A stretch of DNA of 64,000 bases from Patescibacteria group bacterium (GTDB lineage: Bacteria; Patescibacteriota; Patescibacteriia; Patescibacteriales; UBA12465). This document shows, piece by piece, positions 34,356-45,102 of this stretch. How positions within the stretch are numbered: the first letter of the stretch is position 1; every line of letters begins with the position of its first letter. Location: NCBI GenBank assembly GCA_041656935.1, contig JBBACQ010000001.1, forward strand, positions 93,459 through 157,458, given 5' to 3'. The notes below the pieces were generated by a model. The model did no database searches, had not been told where the DNA came from, and worked only from the letters and a program-made list of their open reading frames with translations. Both the position numbers and the translations under genes were made by a program.

Positions 34356-35573
34356 TTAAAGACTATTTAGTTCTCTTAAAGTGTCTTCGGCGCATTTTCT
34401 CCAACTGAAATTACTGGATCGATGAGATCCTTTTTTTATTAAATCCTCTCTTAAAGCCTTATTTTCAATAATATCTTTTATCTTTTGCGCTAAATCATAG
34501 GGATTAAGTCTATCGAAAAATAAAGCCGAATCTTGAGCGACTTCATGTAAGACTTTAATGTCTGACAATACAACTGGTGTCCCGCAAGCCATCGCTTGTA
34601 AAACTGGAATACCAAAACCTTCATAAAGCGAAGGAAAAATAAAGGCTTCCGCTGAACCAAAAATATAAGGTAAATCAGCTTCCTCTACCCAACCTAAAAT
34701 CATAACATCTTGGTCAACGCCTAATTCTTCAATCATATACCTCATTTCATCGTAACCAAAACCAGCACTACCAACTAAAATTAATTTTTCTTTGCTATCT
34801 TTATTATTTTCCTTAAAAATAGCAAACCCCTCTATCAAATTATAAATATTTTTTTTTCTTTCTATTCTTCCCACAGACAACAGAAAGGGTGAATCAATCC
34901 CATATTTATCTAAAACAATTTTTTTACTCTCTTCATCTTCTATTATCTTGTATAAAATATTATTAAAACCATTATGAACAACTTTAATTTTATCCTCTTT
35001 GGTTTTAGAATAGTTTTCTAAAATTTCTTCTTTGGTAAAATTAGAAACAGTAATTATTTTTTTAGCTCGCTTCAAGGCAAATTTGGTTGCCCAATTTAAA
35101 TATTCAGTTGACTTAAGATGATATTTACCAAAAGTTAAAAATTTTACCAAAAAACTAAAAACTTTATCAAAAAAATTAGAATTATCAGTTAAAACTTCTT
35201 GATCATACAAAAAATTATTTTTTACAAAAGCAATATCATGAATAGTATTAACTGTTTTTTTAGGAAAAAATAATGGTAAGGAATGAGCCGGAACAAACAA
35301 GACATCAGGACGACAAAAAATCATTTCCAAAGTCAATCGACCTAAGGTCCATAAATATCTAAAGGGCCATTTTAAAATTTTTATCCTAACATTTTTATTA
35401 AATTCCAAATTTAAATCATTTAAAAAAGCCCGACCTAAGGGCTTATCTGAATATAAAATATATTTATTTTTTCTATCTATCTGAACTAAATTCACAATTA
35501 AATAATAAGAGTACCATTCGGTACCAGTTTTAAAATCTTTATTAGCTCGTGAAGCATCTATTCCAATAGTCAT
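34356..35573 (-). CDS. glycosyltransferase family 4
   Basis: FPSLYEGFGIPVLQAMACGTPVVLSD: GT-B signature. Confidence 0.85.
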   Translation of the reverse strand: MTIGIDASRANKDFKTGTEWYSYYLIVNLVQIDRKNKYILYSDKPLGRAFLNDLNLEFNKNVRIKILKWPFRYLWTLGRLTLEMIFCRPDVLFVPAHSLPLFFPKKTVNTIHDIAFVKNNFLYDQEVLTDNSNFFDKVFSFLVKFLTFGKYHLKSTEYLNWATKFALKRAKKIITVSNFTKEEILENYSKTKEDKIKVVHNGFNNILYKIIEDEESKKIVLDKYGIDSPFLLSVGRIERKKNIYNLIEGFAIFKENNKDSKEKLILVGSAGFGYDEMRYMIEELGVDQDVMILGWVEEADLPYIFGSAEAFIFPSLYEGFGIPVLQAMACGTPVVLSDIKVLHEVAQDSALFFDRLNPYDLAQKIKDIIENKALREDLIKKGSHRSSNFSWRKCAEDTLRELNSL

Positions 35574-35603
35574 AATACTAAAAATATTTAAAAAATTCCT
35601 TAT

Positions 35604-36617
35604 TTATTTGGTTGCTAAAATACTTCTCTTATAAGAATCTAAATTGTCTAGAGCGATACCCGTTCCTTTGGCTACACATAATAAAGGATCATCAGCAATA
35701 TAAGCTGACACACCTAAAGCTTGAGCAAATAATTGATCGATATTCCTCAACAAAGCAGTTCCACCAGTTAAAACTATGCCCTTATCAATAATATCAGCTA
35801 TTAACTCAGGTGGTGTTTGTTGAAGTATTTTTTTAGCTGTATTTAGAACAACTTCTAATTCTCCAGAAATAGCTGAGGTAACATCATTACTATTAACCTC
35901 GATGGTTTTTGGAAGACCACTAACAACATCCCGACCATTTATTTCCATAAATAACTTATTTTCTTCATCTAAAAACAAGGCTGACCCAACTTTTATTTTC
36001 ATTTCCTCGGCGGTTCTTTCTCCAACAACTAAACCATATTTTTTTCGGACATACTCTAAAATAGCTAAATCTAATTTATTTCCACCCACCCGAACGGAGG
36101 TTGATGAAACTACCCCACCTAAAGAAATAACAGCCATTTCTGAGGTTCCGCCACCAATATCAACCACCATGTGACCAGTGGCCGAACTAATAGGAATATT
36201 AGCTCCGATGGCCGCCGCTACCGGCTCTTTGATAATATAGGCCGCCTTAGCTCCCGCTGCGATAGTAGCCTCAATAACTGCCCGTCTTTCCGTTGATGAA
36301 ATACCAGCCGGAACAGCTACCATGACCTCAGGCCTAAAGATTCTGATTTTCCCTAAAGTTTTATTAATAAAATAACGAATCATCGCTTCAGTAGTACGAT
36401 AATCAGCAATAACTCCCTCTTTTAATGGTTTCAAGGCCACAATAGTATCAGGAGTTCTACCTAACATATCTTTAGCTTCGTTCCCGACTGCTAAAACTTT
36501 ATTATCGCCAATAGAAACAGCTACGACACTCGGTTCGTTGATAACCACACCTCTTTTAGGTAGATATACTAAGGTATAAGTTGTGCCTAAATCTATTCCG
36601 ATTCTTTTAACCCACAT
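35604..36617 (-). CDS. mreB: rod-shape-determining actin homologue MreB, second paralogue
   Basis: IGIDLGTTYTLVY...NEPSVVA...MVVDIGGGTSEMAVISLGG...VLTGGTALL. Confidence 0.9.
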   Translation of the reverse strand: MWVKRIGIDLGTTYTLVYLPKRGVVINEPSVVAVSIGDNKVLAVGNEAKDMLGRTPDTIVALKPLKEGVIADYRTTEAMIRYFINKTLGKIRIFRPEVMVAVPAGISSTERRAVIEATIAAGAKAAYIIKEPVAAAIGANIPISSATGHMVVDIGGGTSEMAVISLGGVVSSTSVRVGGNKLDLAILEYVRKKYGLVVGERTAEEMKIKVGSALFLDEENKLFMEINGRDVVSGLPKTIEVNSNDVTSAISGELEVVLNTAKKILQQTPPELIADIIDKGIVLTGGTALLRNIDQLFAQALGVSAYIADDPLLCVAKGTGIALDNLDSYKRSILATK

Positions 36618-36673
36618 AAATTTTAAATTAATATAAATACATATTAACGGTTTATTAGGTTTTAGTCAATAAA

Positions 36674-37930
36674 TTATTCTTTTCTGAGGGCCTCTACTGG
36701 GTCAAGTTTGCCAGCTTTTCTGGCTGGAAGAAGACCAAATAGAACTCCAAAAAACAAGCCGAACAAAATAGCAACCACCAAGGCCTTTAAAGGCACGATA
36801 AATTTCCAATCTAAACCAAAATAATTAGCTCCTAAAAAAATTAAAAAAGAAAAAACCACTCCCAAGACAATCCCCAAAAAAGAACCAATTAAAGTAATGA
36901 GAATTGATTCAATTAAAAATTGGCGCATGATATCAGAAAATTTGGCTCCCACAGCCTTGCGCAAGCCAATCTCTGAGGTTCTTTCAGAAACGATAACATA
37001 CATCACATTTAAAATACCCACTCCGCCAACAACCAAAGAAACCGTAACTATTAATAACAACAAAATAGTAATACTATTAGTTATATCTTTAGATGTTTTT
37101 AACATCTCTTTCATGGTGGTAACTCTAAAATCATCTCTATCGGGATCGGTAATATTATGATTTTCTCGAAGAATTTCTTTCACCACTTCAGAGGTTTCTT
37201 CAGCTAATTCTGGCTCAATTATTTTATGAACCATATACATAAAATAATCAATCCCCATTATTTTTTTCTGTAAAGTTCTTACTGGAAGAAAGACCATAGA
37301 ATCAAAATCGAAACCAATCATAGCTCCCCTTTCCTTCAAAACTCCAACCACCTGATACCGACCTCTTTTTATTGTAATATTTTTACCAATTGGATCTTCC
37401 TCTTTAAAAATATCGCTCGCTACTTTACTACCTAGAACAACTACTTGCGACAAAGAATTATTATCGCTATCAGTAAAAAAATAGCCACTGCTAATTTCTG
37501 ACTTATCAATATTTATATAATCAGGCCCTACCCCAAATAAAAAAATCTTTTTAGTTTCATTTAAATAGGTTAATGTTTCTTGACTGAGTATAGCCCCATA
37601 CCCAGAGGAAACATTATCTAATTTTTTTATATCCTCTAAATCTTTTTCTTTCATGGTAGTAACTTGGACACCACTGGCAATGGCACTGGCGCTATCAGAT
37701 TCAGCTTGCATCCCTTTTTTAGAGCTAGGAACTTTTATTTCGGTTTGAATAATATCGGTCCCGAAGGCTTCTATCTGCCCAATTATCAAACTTCTGATAC
37801 CCTCCCCAGCTGAGAAAACAATAACAATACTAGCAATACCAATAACCATCCCTAAAACAGTTAAGGTGGTTCTCATTTTATTTTTTATCATTGAAATTAA
37901 TGATAATCGGACAATTTCTTTTATTCTCAT
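36674..37930 (-). CDS. ABC transporter permease, MacB/FtsX type
   Basis: N-terminal TM, large extracytoplasmic domain, C-terminal FtsX 3-TM bundle with RTSEIGLRKAVGA. Confidence 0.85.
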   Translation of the reverse strand: MRIKEIVRLSLISMIKNKMRTTLTVLGMVIGIASIVIVFSAGEGIRSLIIGQIEAFGTDIIQTEIKVPSSKKGMQAESDSASAIASGVQVTTMKEKDLEDIKKLDNVSSGYGAILSQETLTYLNETKKIFLFGVGPDYINIDKSEISSGYFFTDSDNNSLSQVVVLGSKVASDIFKEEDPIGKNITIKRGRYQVVGVLKERGAMIGFDFDSMVFLPVRTLQKKIMGIDYFMYMVHKIIEPELAEETSEVVKEILRENHNITDPDRDDFRVTTMKEMLKTSKDITNSITILLLLIVTVSLVVGGVGILNVMYVIVSERTSEIGLRKAVGAKFSDIMRQFLIESILITLIGSFLGIVLGVVFSFLIFLGANYFGLDWKFIVPLKALVVAILFGLFFGVLFGLLPARKAGKLDPVEALRKE

Positions 37931-37936
37931 AAAAAA

Positions 37937-39193
37937 TTATTCATAACTTAAGGCTTCTACTGGCTCTAATTTACTAGCTCGCCCAGCAGGATATAATCCG
38001 AAAACTAACCCTACCAGAGCTGAAATAAATACGGCCAATAAAACAGACACTAAACTAACCACAAAAGACCAATCATATTTTAAAAATGACATCACAACCG
38101 AAATAAGCCAAGAGACAAAAACACCTAAAATAATCCCAATAATTCCTCCTATTAAGGTTAGAAACACAGCTTCTAGTAAAAACTGGCTGATAATATTCTT
38201 GTTAGAGGCCCCAATAGCTTTTCTAATACCAATTTCTCTGGTTCTTTCATTAACGCTAATAAGCATAATATTCATAATTCCAATTCCACCAACAACTAAA
38301 GATATGCCTGCCATTAAAGCTAAAAAATATCTTAAAGCATCAGTGACAGTTTTAACTAAATCTAATAATTCAGTTAAGCTCCTAGCTGAAAAATCATCAC
38401 TGTCACCACTTTGGTCAATTATACCATGATTATCCCTAAGTATTTTTTCAACTTCAGAAATAATTAAATCAACATCAGCTGACTCTTCGGGCTTAAGAGT
38501 AATCATATTTAAATAATTTATTCCAGCAATTGTTTTTTGCATTGTTTTTAATGGCAACAAAACTTTATTATCATAATCGCTAAAAGCAACTTGACCTCTT
38601 TCTTCTAAAACACCAATAACTGTAAAAATCTGTCGATTTATTTTTACTCTTTGACCCACAGCAGTAGAATCACCAAAAATTTCATTTTTCACAGTGCTTC
38701 CTAAAATCACTACCTTGCTCAAAGCATCATTCTCCTCACTACTAAAAAACCTCCCGGAAGATAATTCTCCTCCTTGCGTATCTAAATATCCTTCAGTTAC
38801 TCCCTCTAAATTAGTATCATACGAATTATTTTGAAAAGAAACTGTACCAACTCCATTTACATAGGCCACCATCGAAGAAACTCCAATATTATTTTTATTT
38901 TTTTCTAAATCAACTAAATCATCTAATACTAAAGATGTCACTACTATACCCAAAACTGAAGTTGGCGGGCCCTTATCATCTGATTTTCCAGGAGTAATTG
39001 AGATGGTGTTAGAACCAATTCCTTCAATTTGACCTAAAATTAAACTTTGAGCTCCAGCTCCAACTGACATGATAATAATAACCGAGGCTACTCCGATTAT
39101 TATTCCTAACATGGTTAAAAAACTTCTGACTTTGTTGGCCAGAAGAGATTTAATAGAAGTCCTAAGGGATTGTTTTAAAGATAAAATGTCCAT
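37937..39193 (-). CDS. ABC transporter permease, MacB/FtsX type
   Basis: Same architecture as its neighbour; RTREIGIRKAIGA. Confidence 0.85.
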   Translation of the reverse strand: MDILSLKQSLRTSIKSLLANKVRSFLTMLGIIIGVASVIIIMSVGAGAQSLILGQIEGIGSNTISITPGKSDDKGPPTSVLGIVVTSLVLDDLVDLEKNKNNIGVSSMVAYVNGVGTVSFQNNSYDTNLEGVTEGYLDTQGGELSSGRFFSSEENDALSKVVILGSTVKNEIFGDSTAVGQRVKINRQIFTVIGVLEERGQVAFSDYDNKVLLPLKTMQKTIAGINYLNMITLKPEESADVDLIISEVEKILRDNHGIIDQSGDSDDFSARSLTELLDLVKTVTDALRYFLALMAGISLVVGGIGIMNIMLISVNERTREIGIRKAIGASNKNIISQFLLEAVFLTLIGGIIGIILGVFVSWLISVVMSFLKYDWSFVVSLVSVLLAVFISALVGLVFGLYPAGRASKLEPVEALSYE

Positions 39194-39198
39194 TTTTT

Positions 39199-39912
39199 TT
39201 ATTTAATAAGCATACTATCTCGGGCTAATTTTCTATTCCTAACCACTTCATCACTAGTTATTAACCCATCTTTTATTTTTATAATCCTTTTAGCATGTTC
39301 AGCCGTATGCGTTTCGTGAGTAACCAAAATAATAGTATTCCCCTCATCATTCAATTTTTGTAAAATCTCCATAATCTGAGTACCAGATTTAGAATCTAGG
39401 TTCCCGGTTGGTTCATCAGCAAAGATTACTGACGGATTATTCACTAAAGCCCGAGCAATAGCTACTCGTTGTTTTTCACCACCAGAAATTTGATTAGTAT
39501 AATAATCTAAGCGATGGTCTAACCCCACACTAGCCAAAACTTTTTTAGCTCGCTCCCCCATTTTCTTTCTATTAGACGAATAAGTTAAGGGTAAAATTAC
39601 ATTATCTAAAACCGAAGTTTTAGGAAGCAGGTTAAAAGATTGAAAAACGAAACCAATTTTTTCATTACGAAAAACGGCTAATTGGTCATCATCGAAATCA
39701 CTAACATTCTGCCCCTCAAATTCATAACTACCACTACTCAACCTATCTAATAATCCTAAAATATGCATTAAAGTTGATTTTCCTGATCCTGAAGGACCCA
39801 TAATAGAAACAAATTCTCCTTTATCAATATTAAAAGAAACGCCATGCAGAACTTTAGTCACAACATCGCCCGAATTAAATTCTTTTTTTAAGTCCTTAAT
39901 TTTTATTAACAT
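39199..39912 (-). CDS. ABC transporter ATP-binding protein (MacB/LolD type)
   Basis: [37 protein letters not shown]. Confidence 0.9.
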   Translation of the reverse strand: MLIKIKDLKKEFNSGDVVTKVLHGVSFNIDKGEFVSIMGPSGSGKSTLMHILGLLDRLSSGSYEFEGQNVSDFDDDQLAVFRNEKIGFVFQSFNLLPKTSVLDNVILPLTYSSNRKKMGERAKKVLASVGLDHRLDYYTNQISGGEKQRVAIARALVNNPSVIFADEPTGNLDSKSGTQIMEILQKLNDEGNTIILVTHETHTAEHAKRIIKIKDGLITSDEVVRNRKLARDSMLIK

Positions 39913-39915
39913 AAA

Positions 39916-41826
39916 TTATTTCTTGATTGAAGAGATGACTAAATCACCCTCTTTTATCTCTTCAGAAAAAATTTCAATCACTGCTTGGTCTCCTGAAATA
40001 CCAACGGTAACTGGAATTTCTTGAATATCTTTACCGTTCAAAACTCTAATATAGCGTTCCCCATCATTTCTTAATAAAACTGAACGACTAGGAACTGTTA
40101 AAACATCTTTTTTGTAATTAGTTATAATATCAATATTGGCCGTCATCCCCGATTTAATAACAAAACCATTTTTTTCTAATTCATCTTCTGTGAAACTTAT
40201 TTTTATTTTGTAATAAATAACATCAGAAATAGAAGTCGAAGCTGGCTCAATAAAATAAACCTGACCATTAATTTTATAATCATCTCCGAAGGCATCGAAA
40301 GTCACTTTGGCATCATTACCTATTTTTATTTTAGAAATATCAGATTCAGAAATAAAAACCTCAATCTCAAAATTATTTTCCGTTAACAAACTAATAACGG
40401 CCTGACTACTATTAACCTGCTCTCCAACTTCATAATTTATTTTTACTATTTTACCATTTATCGGAGATTTTATTATATTATCCTCTATTTGTTTTTGAAT
40501 TAAATCTAAATTAGCCATCGCCTGATCAACTTGGGCTTGGGCTAATTTTAGGTCATCTGATTTAGCCGGAGTTTTTAACTTCTTTAATTGCAAATCAACT
40601 ACTTCATAATTTTTCTTAGCCGAATCCAATCGAGCTTCAGCTGAAAGTATCTGCTGATTACCATTTATTCTAGCTAATGACAAAGTATTTTCGGCGGTAG
40701 TTATGGTATCGCTTAAAGTTGTCTCCGCTCTTTTTACGGCATCCTCGGCACTAGCGATATTAGTATCATAGCTCAAGAGAGCGCTGGTATAAGAAAAATA
40801 GGCACCCTGAACAGCCGTAATAGAAGCGCTAATTAAACTCTTATTAGTATTGACATTAGCCTTGAAACCATCCAAAGATGCTTGAGAAAAAGAAGAAGAA
40901 ATAATGGAATTTTCTAAAGCACTAAAACAATAACCTAAAGTAGAGAAGGTTTTATCTAAAAGAATATTTAACTCATCCGATGCTTTTTCGATATTAGTAT
41001 TACTAGGATTAGCTTTAGCAATTTTTATATAATTATCAACTACTGGTAAAATACCGACAGCTTGGTTATAAGATTTTTCGGTTTCTGATTTGTAAATAAG
41101 ATTTTTAACACTAAAAATATTTTCTATATCTTCATCATCCATAATTCTTTTAGTGGAATCTAAAGCTGACCGAGCAACTGAATAATTATATTCCAAAGAA
41201 GATAGCAAAGAATCTCTGGTATTATTAATAGTTTGCTGAGACGTTTTTTTAACATTATCTAAATTTATTCTAGCTGAATCAACCGCTTGTTTAACCGACA
41301 TTGGAGCTAAAAGATTAGAAGCTTTCAGATCATTAAGATTCTTTTCAGCCTGAGAAATATTTTCAGCAACAATCTTATTAACTTGTTCTAAATCATTCAA
41401 AGAAGAGTTATAAGAACTTTTGGCTTGACTAACTTGAGCTTCCAACACAGCAATATCCTCATAAGACGCTCCTTTAATTAATTTAGTCTGATTTGTTTTG
41501 GCAATATTTAACATTGCATTTATTTCCTCTTTTTTTATAAGCAAGGAAGAATAATCTAATTCCGCTAAAACATCTCCCTCCTTAACTTGATCGCCAACTT
41601 CGACATAAACCAAATTAAGCTTACCAATCTGAGAAAAATTTAAACCGATTTCTTGACTAGCTTTAACGGTGCCAATTTCACTAACTGTTTGAGTAATATC
41701 TTGTTTCTGCAGTTCCGTAGTAACATATTCAACTTTTTCTTTTCTAAAGAATAAAGAAAAAATAATAATTAACAAAACTAAAAAACCAGCACCAATAATA
41801 AAAATTCTCCTTTTTTTTATAGACAT
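39916..41826 (-). CDS. HlyD/MacA-type membrane-fusion adaptor with an unusually long coiled-coil region
   Basis: N-terminal TM; lipoyl-like halves (VKEGDVLAELD ... SPINGKIVKINYEVGEQV); about 360 aa of A/S/N/L/K/Q-rich helical sequence between them. 636 aa. Confidence 0.8.
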   Translation of the reverse strand: MSIKKRRIFIIGAGFLVLLIIIFSLFFRKEKVEYVTTELQKQDITQTVSEIGTVKASQEIGLNFSQIGKLNLVYVEVGDQVKEGDVLAELDYSSLLIKKEEINAMLNIAKTNQTKLIKGASYEDIAVLEAQVSQAKSSYNSSLNDLEQVNKIVAENISQAEKNLNDLKASNLLAPMSVKQAVDSARINLDNVKKTSQQTINNTRDSLLSSLEYNYSVARSALDSTKRIMDDEDIENIFSVKNLIYKSETEKSYNQAVGILPVVDNYIKIAKANPSNTNIEKASDELNILLDKTFSTLGYCFSALENSIISSSFSQASLDGFKANVNTNKSLISASITAVQGAYFSYTSALLSYDTNIASAEDAVKRAETTLSDTITTAENTLSLARINGNQQILSAEARLDSAKKNYEVVDLQLKKLKTPAKSDDLKLAQAQVDQAMANLDLIQKQIEDNIIKSPINGKIVKINYEVGEQVNSSQAVISLLTENNFEIEVFISESDISKIKIGNDAKVTFDAFGDDYKINGQVYFIEPASTSISDVIYYKIKISFTEDELEKNGFVIKSGMTANIDIITNYKKDVLTVPSRSVLLRNDGERYIRVLNGKDIQEIPVTVGISGDQAVIEIFSEEIKEGDLVISSIKK

Positions 41827-41857
41827 ACAAGTAAAATATAAAGTATAAATTATAAAA

Positions 41858-42295
41858 TTAATCCATCACTAAATCCTCGGCATCCTCTAAATTATCAGAA
41901 TCTTCGAAGGTCTTATCTCCTCGTGACATTATTCGCATTACTTTATTAGAAAAAGTATAAATATCAAACTCATTCTTCATAAAATAATAATTAGCTCCTA
42001 AACCAACGCTTCGACTTCGACCATCTTCTTCACTTAAATCAGTAAATATGTATATTTCCACTCCCCTCAAATCATCATCGCTCTTCACTCTCTTCATAAT
42101 TTCTGAACCATCTATCTTAGGTAGAACGATATCCAAAATCACAATATCGGGCTTAAATTTTTTTATCCTATCCATTAAATCTTCCAACTCTTCATTAGAG
42201 TCGCTAATTTCTACTCCATAATCATTAGAAGAGAAAATGTCTTTTAAACCATACAAAATATTTAAATCATCTTCAATTATAAAAATATTTTTCAT
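41858..42295 (-). CDS. stand-alone response-regulator receiver domain protein
   Basis: IFIIEDD...PDIVILDIVLPKIDG...: CheY-like fold, no output domain. Confidence 0.8.
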   Translation of the reverse strand: MKNIFIIEDDLNILYGLKDIFSSNDYGVEISDSNEELEDLMDRIKKFKPDIVILDIVLPKIDGSEIMKRVKSDDDLRGVEIYIFTDLSEEDGRSRSVGLGANYYFMKNEFDIYTFSNKVMRIMSRGDKTFEDSDNLEDAEDLVMD

Positions 42296-42322
42296 ATTTT
42301 TTAGATTAATTTTTAAAATATA

Positions 42323-42718
42323 TTAACTTAATAATTTAGCTAAAACATTCTCTACCTCTTTTTGAGAATAATCTCCGTGAGGCCATAATTCTAAACCATC
42401 ATTTTCTTCTCTGGGAATGATATGAAAATGGAGATGCTCAATAACTTGACCGGCTATTCTACCATTGTTTTGAATAACATTACAAGCCGAAACTCCCAAT
42501 TTATCTTTTAATTTTTGAACAATCATCTTAACCACGACCATTAGATTTTTCAATTCTCCCTCTGGAATATCGTAAATATTAGAATAATGATTTTTAGGAA
42601 CAACCAAACTATGACCTAAAACAACTGGAGCGATATCTAAAAAAGCTAAAGAAGAATCATCTTCATAAAACTTACGAGCGGGAATTTCATCTTTAATTAT
42701 TTGGCAAAAAATACACAT
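42323..42718 (-). CDS. HIT-family (histidine triad) protein
   Basis: CIFCQI...GQVIEHLHFHIIPR. Confidence 0.85.
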   Translation of the reverse strand: MCIFCQIIKDEIPARKFYEDDSSLAFLDIAPVVLGHSLVVPKNHYSNIYDIPEGELKNLMVVVKMIVQKLKDKLGVSACNVIQNNGRIAGQVIEHLHFHIIPREENDGLELWPHGDYSQKEVENVLAKLLS

Positions 42719-42723
42719 AGAAA

Positions 42724-43707
42724 TTATTTAGCTAATAATTTTTTAGAGGTTAATAATCCATTCTGAGCCCCAGACTTAGAAACTACCGAGGCCACATTTT
42801 TAACTCCTAAAAACATGGCTTTTTTGTAATCACCATTAAATCTGTCTAAAAAAGCAACCACCGTGGAACCAAAAGCATCCCCTACCCCAGTAGTATCAAT
42901 TCTGTTTTGGTTTTTTATTATTTTCTGATGGTAAAAATTATTTCCATCGTAGAAATAAGCTCCATTAATTCCATCAGTTAAAATAACTATTTGAGGACCT
43001 AACTTTTTCAAAATTTGAATTAAATTTTCACTTTTATTTAAAAATTCGTCACTCTTTTTCTTAAATCTTTTATCTTTTTTAACAATTTCCAAACCCTCAT
43101 CTTTATTTATTACTAAAATCTCCGTCTTCTTTAAAAAATATTCTATTTTTTTAATTCCGCCCGATAATTGATTTAATCCTGGATTCCAGGCTATCTTGTT
43201 TTTAAAAGCAAAAATATGTTTTAAACTATTTAAATAATTATCCGGCAAGGAAGTTAAATAAACCCATCTAGAGTTTTCAATAATTTTACGATTCTGGGGA
43301 CCAATTACTAAAGAATCGTTAACTCCTCGATAGGTAAAAATAATCCGATCTTTCTTATTATTTAAGATAAAAGAAAAACCGGTACTCTCCTTTTTATTTA
43401 TTGTAATATTAGAAATATCAACCTTATTTTTCTTAAGATTATCTAAAACCCGAGCAGTTCTGTCGTCTTTACCAACAACCGCTAAAACAGCGACTTTAAA
43501 GCCCATTTTGCTAAAATTAACAGCTGTATTAGAAGCCCCGCCACCGAAATAACGACCGAACTCTTTAATGTTTATTTTAGCTCCATATTCAAAAGCTAAT
43601 AACTTCTGCCTTAATAAATCCTTATTATTATCAACTAAAACACCATCGGAAGTAAAAAAAACAATATCTTCCGTTATTCCCCCAATTGTTAAAAAATCGT
43701 TTAACAT
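42724..43707 (-). CDS. PfkB-family carbohydrate kinase
   Basis: GGGASNTAV...DTTGVGDAFGS (PfkB signature 2). Confidence 0.8.
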   Translation of the reverse strand: MLNDFLTIGGITEDIVFFTSDGVLVDNNKDLLRQKLLAFEYGAKINIKEFGRYFGGGASNTAVNFSKMGFKVAVLAVVGKDDRTARVLDNLKKNKVDISNITINKKESTGFSFILNNKKDRIIFTYRGVNDSLVIGPQNRKIIENSRWVYLTSLPDNYLNSLKHIFAFKNKIAWNPGLNQLSGGIKKIEYFLKKTEILVINKDEGLEIVKKDKRFKKKSDEFLNKSENLIQILKKLGPQIVILTDGINGAYFYDGNNFYHQKIIKNQNRIDTTGVGDAFGSTVVAFLDRFNGDYKKAMFLGVKNVASVVSKSGAQNGLLTSKKLLAK

Positions 43708-43750
43708 AATATTTAAAAAAATAATAAACCACTATAATAATAGCATAAAA

Positions 43751-44281
43751 TCATCTTTTTTCAAAAACTAAACCACTAGAAACTCCTTTATTAGAACCGA
43801 AAAAATAAAAAGATAAAATCATGAAAAAGGCAATCCAAATAAATTCTAGAAAAAGATTAAGCCAAAAAAATCTATTAAACCAAAAAACTCCAAAATAATT
43901 TTTCTCAAATAAAAATATCAAAAAATAAAGAAAAATATTATAGAAGAAAACTAGAAAAAAACTAAGAGATAAAAAAGAATAAATAGAACGATTAGTAAAA
44001 AAATTATTCCAAACAAAATCAGCTAAAAATAAGGTACATAAAAAAGAAAGGGTGAATAAACCGAAGGGATAGAAGGAAAATATATCCATTACTAAACCAG
44101 AGCATAAAGCGAATATTAAGGAACTCTTATAACCACTAAAAACAAAAAATAGGATAATTATTAATAAGAATAAGTTAATACGGCTAGTAACGCCAGAAAA
44201 GGATCCTAAAAATGATACTTGAAATAAAAAAACCAAAAGGGAAAGAAAGAACAAAATAATAATTCTTCTGTATCTAATCAT
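43751..44281 (-). CDS. mreD: rod-shape-determining protein MreD
   Basis: Small polytopic membrane protein directly after mreC. The track start at 44317 overlaps mreC; the ATG at 44281 (MIRYRR...) leaves a 10-nt gap. Ends in TGA. Confidence 0.6.
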   Translation of the reverse strand: MIRYRRIIILFFLSLLVFLFQVSFLGSFSGVTSRINLFLLIIILFFVFSGYKSSLIFALCSGLVMDIFSFYPFGLFTLSFLCTLFLADFVWNNFFTNRSIYSFLSLSFFLVFFYNIFLYFLIFLFEKNYFGVFWFNRFFWLNLFLEFIWIAFFMILSFYFFGSNKGVSSGLVFEKR

Positions 44282-44291
44282 TTTAAAAAAA

Positions 44292-45095
44292 TTAATTAGG
44301 AATAATAACGGCCACAATATTTAAATTATTAATATTAAACAGGGGTTCCGCACTAATATTTTGCCAAATATCATTAATTTCTTGATTTACATAATTAACC
44401 CGCCCTAAAGCTAAGCCACGCGGAACATCTCTTTCTAAGCCGGAAGTAATTATTCTATCTCCAACACTCACTACTTCTCCTTGAGAAATAAAATTTAGTT
44501 TTATAGATAATCCCAAATTACCTTCAGCTAATCCAACGCTACCAGAAGAATTATTAATGGAAACAGCCATTTTACAAAAATTATTATTAATAAGACAAAT
44601 TCTAGAATTTTTTTCATTAACCTCCACTACTTTTCCAACTATAACTCCCGATTCATTTACTACCGCCAAACCGCTTCTTAATCCCGCCTGCTCTCCTTTA
44701 TTTATAACTAGATTTTGATTATAGTTAGAGAAATTTAAAAGATTGTCTTGCCAAACAATGTTGGCTAAAACATAATCGAAAGAACTATCATCGAAAAAAT
44801 TTAAATATTCCCTCAACTTTTTATTTTCCTCTTCTAACGAATATAATTTAGCTAAATCAACTTCTTCTAATTCTAATTTTTTTTCTAAAATTGTTATTTC
44901 TTCCAATAATTTAGATTTGCTTTTGGTTTTATTATTTAAATTCTTGGATAACTTTTGACCCAGAAAACTAATTGGATGGACTATTTTGGCTAACATTCTT
45001 TGACCCAAGGAAGAAAAACCAACTATATTTAAAAAAACAAGCAGTAAAAAAACCGCTAGAAAAAATTTATATTTTTTGGGATCAATTAGTTTCAT
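44292..45095 (-). CDS. mreC: rod-shape-determining protein MreC
   Basis: N-terminal TM, coiled coil (LEEENKKLREYL), beta-rich C-terminal domain (ITSGLERDVPRGLALGRV). Confidence 0.8.
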   Translation of the reverse strand: MKLIDPKKYKFFLAVFLLLVFLNIVGFSSLGQRMLAKIVHPISFLGQKLSKNLNNKTKSKSKLLEEITILEKKLELEEVDLAKLYSLEEENKKLREYLNFFDDSSFDYVLANIVWQDNLLNFSNYNQNLVINKGEQAGLRSGLAVVNESGVIVGKVVEVNEKNSRICLINNNFCKMAVSINNSSGSVGLAEGNLGLSIKLNFISQGEVVSVGDRIITSGLERDVPRGLALGRVNYVNQEINDIWQNISAEPLFNINNLNIVAVIIPN

Positions 45096-45102
45096 AAAAA
45101 GA

